A stretch of DNA of 64,000 nucleotides from Patescibacteria group bacterium (GTDB lineage Bacteria; Patescibacteriota; Patescibacteriia; CAIXNZ01), in NCBI GenBank assembly GCA_041651155.1, contig JBAZJU010000005.1:2653-66652 (forward strand), written 5' to 3'. Both the position numbers and the translations under genes were made by a program. This document shows, piece by piece, positions 57,319-64,000 of the stretch. A model generated the notes under the pieces. That model did no database searches and was not told the DNA's origin. It was given only the letters and a program-made list of their open reading frames with translations. Each line of letters begins with the position of its first letter. Positions within the stretch are counted from its first letter, which is position 1.

Positions 57319-57409
57319 TGTGTATAATTCGTGAATAAAGTTGAGTATAACTGTGTGGTTAAGTATGTAGATAACCATGTGCGTAAAGATGTTGATATTT
57401 TGTTTATAA
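57319..57409 (-). promoter_or_regulatory. Array of eight co-oriented DnaA-box-like 9-mers
   Basis: TGTGNATAA-like at 57319, 57330, 57342, 57354, 57366, 57378, 57390, 57401. Confidence 0.7.
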
Positions 57410-57631
57410 TTAGCCAAAAAAGGGCTTGACTAGGTTTTTATAATAATATATAGTTAGAGCATAAAACCCTACTTGTTTACTAATTGATTAATCTTAGCTT
57501 TGGAGACAAAGCCGGTTTCTCAGTGTAGTTCTCTGGTGGGGCTTAAGAAAAATTGCCCATCTGGGTGATTTTTTTTGTGTCTAAAAAATGATTAAGAAAA
57601 AATTAACAATAGGTTTTGAAAGGAGGATTTC

Positions 57632-58534
57632 GTGAGTCCAAAACTTTACGACTTAGCGCCCGAAAGAGATTTCGTTTTGTTTAATCCAGAAACCAAATAT
57701 CTAATTCTGGCGCTGACTGAAAGGTTTAAAGAATTAGAAAAGGTTAAAGGATTAAAAGCAACAGAAACTTTTCACCTTGATTGCCTGGCAAAAAATCTAG
57801 GTCAATCACCCAGCATCATTGAAGTAGCTGACTGCTTATATAATAATCAGCAATTGAAATGGAATTGGAAAGATCTTTTGCCAGTAGTTTTGGCAGATTG
57901 TCTTTATCCGTTTCATGCTGATAGTTATCATCATTCAGTCAGAATGGCAGAAATCGTGCAATTTTTAAAAGAAGAGTACAAACAGCGCGGTTTTGCCAAT
58001 TTCCCCGATTTCGGCAATAAAGATTTTGCTGAAATTACGCGAAATTTAGAGATGACTGAAGATGACTGGGCCTGTCTTTTGGCTGCAGCTTATCATCATG
58101 ATGGCGGAAAAATGGGCTTGCCCGTGGGATTTTGGAATAAACCAGGAGAGTTTAACGCCAAAGAAAAAGAATGTCGCAAAGTCCATCCAGGCCTATTTTT
58201 TCCGATCGGTGAAATGTTAGGCGTACCTTTAAAAGTAACGGCTTTGAATATTGCCCATCATTATCTTAATCTTGGCTATCCAAATAATGGTCTGATCAAA
58301 TGTTTTCAGGACATCATTTTTGAGCCAAAATTTAAGGTAATTCTAATCATGCTGATTACCTTAGATTGTTATGATGGGATGAGGGGACCTCGTGATTATC
58401 GGGTAAATTTATTCAGCCATGATCAGGTTATGGAAAATTTACCCCAAGAACTTGGTCAAATGGGTACTATTTTTATGCCATTGGTGGAATTAGTCAATTC
58501 TTCCGCCATTGGCCGGCAATTGTATCCCAATTAA
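57632..58534 (+). CDS. HD-GYP-like phosphohydrolase
   Basis: HSVRMA, HHDGGK, HP, HH..LGYP, DCYDGM; GTG start behind AAAGGAGG. Confidence 0.78.
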   Translation: MSPKLYDLAPERDFVLFNPETKYLILALTERFKELEKVKGLKATETFHLDCLAKNLGQSPSIIEVADCLYNNQQLKWNWKDLLPVVLADCLYPFHADSYHHSVRMAEIVQFLKEEYKQRGFANFPDFGNKDFAEITRNLEMTEDDWACLLAAAYHHDGGKMGLPVGFWNKPGEFNAKEKECRKVHPGLFFPIGEMLGVPLKVTALNIAHHYLNLGYPNNGLIKCFQDIIFEPKFKVILIMLITLDCYDGMRGPRDYRVNLFSHDQVMENLPQELGQMGTIFMPLVELVNSSAIGRQLYPN

Positions 58535-58640
58535 GCCATTACATCTGTTTGAGAGCCGCTTAGCCAAAACTAAGCGAAGCGGCTCTTGACTTTCTTTTTA
58601 CTTTTAGCTAAGATAAGATATATTCTAGATAAATTCATTT

Positions 58641-58961
58641 ATGAAAGATTTAAAGAAAATTTTAGAACTATTACGAAAAACAGGAGACCGTTTTATTTTA
58701 GAAGATGAAAAGGGCAATCTTTTTGTAGTTTTATCAGCGAATGATTATGAGAATTTAATTTTAAAAAATAGTGAATTAAAGAATTTTTCCGAAGAAGAAC
58801 TTTTGAACAAAATTAATAAAGATATCGCGGTTTGGAAGTCAACGCAAGAAGATGAAAAATTATTGGAACGCTGGCAAGATTTAAATCCTGCCCAAGAGGA
58901 AAAAGATAAAAAAGAGGAGCCTGACCAATATTATTTTGAGCCGGTTGAAGATGAGGATTAA
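58641..58961 (+). CDS. Conserved hypothetical acidic protein
   Basis: KTGDRFI..., EELLNKINKDIAVWK, YYFEPVE. Confidence 0.75.
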   Translation: MKDLKKILELLRKTGDRFILEDEKGNLFVVLSANDYENLILKNSELKNFSEEELLNKINKDIAVWKSTQEDEKLLERWQDLNPAQEEKDKKEEPDQYYFEPVEDED

Positions 58962-59128
58962 AAAATACTTGCCATATTTTGCGAATGTGGTATAATAAAA
59001 AATACATTTTAATAAATTAAAAAATAATCCCAAAGCGATCCCTTTGGGAGAATAATTAGGGAAGCGGCTGGATAACACTCAGCCAGTTTTAGCGGTTGAG
59101 GCTGCTTCGACGGAGTATTAAAAATACT

Positions 59129-60316
59129 ATGGCAGAAAAATTTGAACGCTCAAAACCACATATTAATGTGGGAACAATTGGTCACGTTGACCATGGTAAA
59201 ACTACTTTAACAGCAGCTCTTTTGAAGTATGTGCTTGCTCATGGCCAAAAAGCTTCTGATAAAGGAGTTGACCAGATTGATAATGCCCCTGAAGAAAAAG
59301 AAAGAGGCATTACCATTGCAACCGCTCATGTTGAGTATGAGACTGCAAAAAGACATTATGCTCACGTAGATTGTCCAGGCCATGCTGATTACATTAAAAA
59401 CATGATTACAGGCGCAGCTCAAATGGACGGCGCTATCTTAGTTGTAGCTGCAACTGATGGTCCAATGCCTCAGACTAGGGAACACATCGTGTTAGCCAGA
59501 CAAGTCGGTGTGCCGTCAATTGTTGTTTTTTTAAACAAAGTTGATCAGGTTTCAGATCCAGAATTAATAACATTAGTTGAGGAAGAAGTCAGAGAACTAT
59601 TAACAAAATATGAATTTCCAGGCGATAAAACCCCGATAATCAAAGGTTCGGCTTTGAAGGCTTTAGAAAATCCAAATGGCGATGACGCCAAATGCATTGG
59701 CGAGCTTTTAGATGCTTTAGATACGTATATTCCCGATCCTGTTAGAGATACAGAAAAACCATTTCTAATGCCGGTTGAAGATGTTTTCTCAATAGAAGGC
59801 CGTGGTACCGTGGTAACTGGCAGGATTGATAGAGGCATTATTAAACTAAATGATGAAATAGAAATTGTAGGCATTAAACCAACTCAAAAAACAGTGGTCA
59901 CTGGCATTGAAATGTTTAATAAATCATTAGACGAAGGCCGCGCAGGCGATAATGCCGGACTATTATTGCGTGGTACAAAAAAAGAAGATGTAGAAAGAGG
60001 CCAGGTAATTTCTAAACCAGGCAGTATTACGCCTCATACAGAATTTGAAGCCCAAATTTATGTTTTATCCAAAGATGAAGGCGGCAGACATAAGCCATTT
60101 TTCAAGGGTTATAAGCCGCAATTTTATATCCGCACTACTGACGTAACTGGCGAAATTGAAATTTTGGGTGGCGCTGAAATGGTTATGCCTGGGGATACTG
60201 TTTCCCTGAAGATTAAGTTAATTGCGCCTGTAGCTTTGGAAGAAAAATCAAAATTTGCTATTAGAGAAGGCGGTAAAACCGTAGGTGCAGGTTCAGTCAC
60301 TAAAATCATTGCTTAA
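59129..60316 (+). CDS. tuf: Elongation factor Tu
   Basis: [20 protein letters not shown]; start moved to MAEKFERSK. Confidence 0.99.
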   Translation: MAEKFERSKPHINVGTIGHVDHGKTTLTAALLKYVLAHGQKASDKGVDQIDNAPEEKERGITIATAHVEYETAKRHYAHVDCPGHADYIKNMITGAAQMDGAILVVAATDGPMPQTREHIVLARQVGVPSIVVFLNKVDQVSDPELITLVEEEVRELLTKYEFPGDKTPIIKGSALKALENPNGDDAKCIGELLDALDTYIPDPVRDTEKPFLMPVEDVFSIEGRGTVVTGRIDRGIIKLNDEIEIVGIKPTQKTVVTGIEMFNKSLDEGRAGDNAGLLLRGTKKEDVERGQVISKPGSITPHTEFEAQIYVLSKDEGGRHKPFFKGYKPQFYIRTTDVTGEIEILGGAEMVMPGDTVSLKIKLIAPVALEEKSKFAIREGGKTVGAGSVTKIIA

Positions 60317-60323
60317 TATATTT

Positions 60324-60356
60324 AAGTCCTCTCCCCATGGTGGGGAGAGGGCTTTT
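60324..60356 (+). terminator. Intrinsic terminator after tuf
   Basis: aagtcctctcccca-tgg-tggggagagggctttt. Confidence 0.75.
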
Positions 60357-60405
60357 ATACCAAAATTTTTTGTAAATTTTAAATATAAAGATAATTTTTA
60401 ATTTC

Positions 60406-60747
60406 ATGACTGAAAAGGTAAAAGCCAAAGAAAAAACTGAAGAAAAACAAAGAATTAGAATCAAGATTCGGGCTTATGATCATAAGATTATTGATCAGTC
60501 TACTCGAACTATCTTAGATACTGCGCAGAGAACTGGCGCCCAGGTTGCCGGCCCCATTCCTTTGCCAGTGGAAAAGAAGAAATACACTGTTTTAAGCTCG
60601 ACCTTTGTCCATAAAAATGCCAGAGATCAATATGAGATGCGCATCCACAAGAGGCTAATTGATATCATTGAGCCTACCCAAGCCACAGTTGATGCTCTGA
60701 TGAGCTTAAATTTGCCAGCCGGCGTAGATATTGAGATCAAAATGTAA
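60406..60747 (+). CDS. rpsJ: 30S ribosomal protein S10
   Basis: [23 protein letters not shown]. Confidence 0.98.
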   Translation: MTEKVKAKEKTEEKQRIRIKIRAYDHKIIDQSTRTILDTAQRTGAQVAGPIPLPVEKKKYTVLSSTFVHKNARDQYEMRIHKRLIDIIEPTQATVDALMSLNLPAGVDIEIKM

Positions 60748-61028
60748 AGGGCTTGACAGGTAAGTGCATTTCAGCTAAGATACGTATATTACAACTTTAA
60801 TTATTGCGGATTTTAAAAATCGCAAATCTAATTTTTAGAAATATAAAGAAAGTTTCTTAATTTAAGAAAAACCTTTACATTTTTAAGGATTAGCCAAGGA
60901 GAAATAAAAAATCACTAAAAATTAAAAATCCAGTAAGTCTTAAACTTTTTTTGAAGTTTTTTGAATTATATTAATTTTAATCTGGATTTGGTGAAGCCAG
61001 ATTTTTTATTTCCTAAAAAGCAAGAAAT

Positions 61029-61760
61029 ATGAAGTATATTTTAGGTAAAAAAATAGCCATGACCCAAAAGTTTAAAACAGATGGCCAGGTAGTGCCAGTG
61101 ACAGTAATTGAAGCCGGCCCTTGTTTTATTACTCAAGTAAAAAAGAAAGACAAGGATGGCTATCAGGCGATTCAGATTGGATACGGGACTAGAAAAAAAT
61201 TAAATAAACCATTGGCCGGGCATTTAAAAGGCGGATTAAAATCAAGATATTTAAAAGAATTAAGATTGCCTGATGATAATCAAAGCGAATATGCTAAGGG
61301 TGAAAAAATCAGCGTAGCTATTTTTACTGCAGGCGAAAAAGTAAAAATATCTGGTACGAGCAAAGGCAAGGGATTTCAAGGTGTAGTCAAACGTCATGGT
61401 TTTCATGGCGCACCAAAAACACATGGTACCAAGGATCAATTAAGGCATTCTGGTTCAGTCGGAGCCAAAGGCGTTGCCCACACATTTAAAGGGACTAAAA
61501 TGGGCGGACGCATGGGAGGTGAACAAGTTACCATCCAAAATTTGGAAATAGTTGAAATAGATCCGTTGAAAAATTTATTATTTCTTAAAGGCGCAGTGCC
61601 AGGCAGCCGCAATAGTTTAATAGAAATTTACGCGCCAGGGGAGATGAAGCTGGAAAAAGAAACCAAAGAAATTCCAGCAGAAAAGGCTGAAACATCTGAA
61701 ATCAAAAATGAAGAAGTCAAAGAAGAAGCTAAGGAATTAAAACCAGAAGCAAATACTTAA
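61029..61760 (+). CDS. rplC: 50S ribosomal protein L3
   Basis: PVTVIEAGPC, SKGKGFQGVVKRHGF; acidic C-terminal tail. Confidence 0.98.
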   Translation: MKYILGKKIAMTQKFKTDGQVVPVTVIEAGPCFITQVKKKDKDGYQAIQIGYGTRKKLNKPLAGHLKGGLKSRYLKELRLPDDNQSEYAKGEKISVAIFTAGEKVKISGTSKGKGFQGVVKRHGFHGAPKTHGTKDQLRHSGSVGAKGVAHTFKGTKMGGRMGGEQVTIQNLEIVEIDPLKNLLFLKGAVPGSRNSLIEIYAPGEMKLEKETKEIPAEKAETSEIKNEEVKEEAKELKPEANT

Positions 61761-61779
61761 AAGTATAAATTATTTAGAT

Positions 61780-62412
61780 ATGATCAAGGCTAAAGTTTAC
61801 AATTTAGAAGGCAAAGAAATAGAGGAAATCAAATTAGATCCTGAAGTTTTTGGAGTTAAAATTAATCCCGCCCTAGTCCATCAGGTTGTTGAGGCTCAAC
61901 AGGCCAACGCACGTTTTAAATTAGCACATACTAAAACTAAAGGTGAAGTGCGCGGCGGCGGTAAAAAACCTTGGCGGCAAAAAGGCACAGGCCGGGCAAG
62001 AGCTGGTTCAACTCGGTCGCCTTTATGGATCGGAGGCGGTGTGACTTTTGGTCCGCGCAAAGAAAGGAATTTTGATAAAAAAATAAATAAGAAGATGAAG
62101 CAAAAGGCATTATTTATGTCTTTGACTGATAAAGTCAAGTCTGAGGCTTTAATTATTTTAGATAAATTAGAATTTACCAAAATCAAAACTAAAGATTTAG
62201 TTAAGATTTTAAGTAAATTGCCCGTTAAGGCTGGCAAGACTTTAATTGTTTTGGATCAAAAGAATGACAACATTGTTAAATCAGCCAGGAATATTAAAAC
62301 TTTAAAGACAATTTTAGCTGATAGCCTTAATGTTTTAGATATTTTGAAGTATAATTATTTATTAGTTGATAAAAACGGCATAAAAAATATTATTACCACT
62401 TATAAGAAATAA
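61780..62412 (+). CDS. rplD: 50S ribosomal protein L4
   Basis: GGGKKPWRQKGTGRAR. Confidence 0.98.
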   Translation: MIKAKVYNLEGKEIEEIKLDPEVFGVKINPALVHQVVEAQQANARFKLAHTKTKGEVRGGGKKPWRQKGTGRARAGSTRSPLWIGGGVTFGPRKERNFDKKINKKMKQKALFMSLTDKVKSEALIILDKLEFTKIKTKDLVKILSKLPVKAGKTLIVLDQKNDNIVKSARNIKTLKTILADSLNVLDILKYNYLLVDKNGIKNIITTYKK

Positions 62413-62417
62413 AATAT

Positions 62418-62894
62418 ATGGGAATTTTTGATAGATTTAATAAAAAAGCCGGGGCTAAAGCCAAAGAAGCAAAAAAGGAAAAACCAGCAGCAGCCAAAAA
62501 GGCTTTGGTGAAAAAAACAGATGCTAATTTGACTTCTTTGAAGCCCAAAACAGAAGGTGCGGCAGAGACAAAAGAAATTAAAGGCAAGAAGGCTAAAAAG
62601 GAAGAGACCAAAGAAGCCTATAGAATTTTAATCAAGCCTTTAGTGACAGAAAAAGCAACAAACTTAGTGGCCAAAAATCAATATACGTTTATGGTTGCGA
62701 ATGGCGCAAATAAAATTGAAGTTAAAAAGGCAATTAAAGGCCTTTATGGTTTTGAAGCAAAAAGCGTGAATATAATTAAAGCCAGAGGCAAAGATGTCCG
62801 TTCGGGCAAAGTTACAGGTAAAAAGAAAAACTGGAGAAAGGCTATAGTAACTTTGAAGCCAAGCGATAAGATAGAAATTTACGAAGGAGTTTAA
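62418..62894 (+). CDS. rplW: 50S ribosomal protein L23 with Lys/Ala-rich N-terminal extension
   Basis: PLVTEKA, ANKIEVKKAI, KAIVTL. Confidence 0.95.
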   Translation: MGIFDRFNKKAGAKAKEAKKEKPAAAKKALVKKTDANLTSLKPKTEGAAETKEIKGKKAKKEETKEAYRILIKPLVTEKATNLVAKNQYTFMVANGANKIEVKKAIKGLYGFEAKSVNIIKARGKDVRSGKVTGKKKNWRKAIVTLKPSDKIEIYEGV

Positions 62895-62928
62895 GACCGA
62901 AATTTTAAATTTATAATTATTGAGATAT

Positions 62929-63774
62929 ATGGGAGTAAAGCAATATAAAACCAATGATGCAGGGAGGCGAGAAGCAAGTGTAGATGACTTTGCCGATCTT
63001 AGTGTTTCTAAGCCAGCTAAAAGATTATTACAAATAAAAAAAAGAACCGGTGGCAGAAATGTAACCGGTAAAATTACAGTCAGGCATATTGGCGGCGGGG
63101 CCAAAAGGTTTATCAGAATCATTGATTTTAAGAGAGAAAAATTTGATATGCCGGCTATTGTAAAAACCATTGAATATGATCCCAACCGTAATGCCAGGAT
63201 TGCTCTAGTTAACTATAAAGATGGTGAAAAAAGATATATAATTGCTCCGCACGAATTGCATGTCGGCGATGAAATTATGAGCTCAAAAGGCAAGCAAATT
63301 AAAGTTAAAGCAGGCAATGCCCTGACCATAGAAAATATTCCGGTCGGTTCATTTATTTATAACATTGAATTAACACCGGGCAAAGGCGGCCAGATTGTAA
63401 GAAGCGCAGGCAATAGCGCGCAATTAATGGCAGTTGAAGGAGATTATGCTACTATTAAATTGCCATCAGGCGAAGTCAGAAAGGTATTAAAAACCTGCCT
63501 GGCTACGTTGGGGACTGTTAGCAATTCAGAATATATGACTATTCGCTGGGGCAAGGCAGGCAGAAAAAGGCATTTAGGCATTAAGCCAACTGTCAGAGGC
63601 AAAGTAATGAATCCAGTAGATCATCCGCATGGTGGCGGTGAAGGCAAGCATCCAATCGGCTTAAAATACCCCAAGACTATTTGGGGCAAGCACGCTTTAG
63701 GTGTTAAGACACGCAGACCAAATAAATATTCAAATAAATTAATTTTACAAAGAAAAAAGAGCAAGAAATCTTAA
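62929..63774 (+). CDS. rplB: 50S ribosomal protein L2
   Basis: EYDPNRNARIAL, MNPVDHPHGGGEG. Confidence 0.98.
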   Translation: MGVKQYKTNDAGRREASVDDFADLSVSKPAKRLLQIKKRTGGRNVTGKITVRHIGGGAKRFIRIIDFKREKFDMPAIVKTIEYDPNRNARIALVNYKDGEKRYIIAPHELHVGDEIMSSKGKQIKVKAGNALTIENIPVGSFIYNIELTPGKGGQIVRSAGNSAQLMAVEGDYATIKLPSGEVRKVLKTCLATLGTVSNSEYMTIRWGKAGRKRHLGIKPTVRGKVMNPVDHPHGGGEGKHPIGLKYPKTIWGKHALGVKTRRPNKYSNKLILQRKKSKKS

Positions 63775-63786
63775 ACCATAAAATTT

Positions 63787-64000
63787 ATGTCTAGAAGTTT
63801 AAAAAAGGGACCATATGTTAATGAGAAATTATTAAAAAAAATTTCTCGTTTAAAGCCAGGTGATAAAACAATAACGAAGACCTGGGATCGCGCCTGTACT
63901 ATTACCCCGGAAATGGTTGGTTTTAAGATTGGCGTTCACAATGGCAAAGAACATCTTGAAGTAACTATAATTGAAAATATGGTCGGACATAAATTGGGAG
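63787..64000 (+). CDS. rpsS: 30S ribosomal protein S19 (runs off the window end)
   Basis: [11 protein letters not shown]...KTWDR...VHNGK...MVGHKLG. Confidence 0.96.
   Translation, partial: MSRSLKKGPYVNEKLLKKISRLKPGDKTITKTWDRACTITPEMVGFKIGVHNGKEHLEVTIIENMVGHKLG

Noticed and set aside
57319-57409. Firm call as oriC
   Set aside because: No dnaA/dnaN, no clear DnaA-trio run and no switch in gene orientation; kept only as a DnaA-box-like array
57495-57580. c-di-GMP riboswitch upstream of the HD-GYP-like gene
   Set aside because: Hairpins and a T-run are present, but I could not find the GEMM consensus
583-63185. Many 60-220 aa ORFs antisense to or overlapping clear genes (e.g. 2804..3301, 4300..4716, 54949..55617, 62664..63185)
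   Set aside because: Shadow frames of well-supported genes, with no motifs or RBS

Overview
Low-GC bacterial chromosome segment in standard code 11. The gene repertoire and style (T4P pilin cluster, split comEC, large secreted proteins, Lys/Ala-extended L23, SD-less core genes) suggest Patescibacteria/Parcubacteria (CPR); this lineage call is inference. Housekeeping blocks are HU-ymdB-rny, infB, trxAB, leuS, ndk, two tRNA-Pro, rpmB and the str/S10 cluster. They surround a 15-kb polymorphic toxin locus. That locus has a 2701-aa RHS/YD protein with a Sec-type signal, an SpvB/FG-GAP-like N-terminus, a ~660-aa insert carrying carbohydrate-binding-like domains, and an NlpC/P60-like tip. It is followed by three orphan RHS-toxin/immunity cassettes and then a type IV pilus operon. 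Other notable items: (1) a 3-kb insert between fusA and tuf carrying a tandem ClpX-type Zn-finger gene, a ~310-nt candidate structured RNA and eight co-oriented DnaA-box-like 9-mers at 11-12 bp spacing; (2) palindromic or short-period repeat elements translated in-frame inside leuS, a GT2, comEC, a pilin and the RHS linker; (3) a sharp split between SD-less core genes and AGGAGG-led orphan genes. All domain names come from motif recognition by eye, not database searches.
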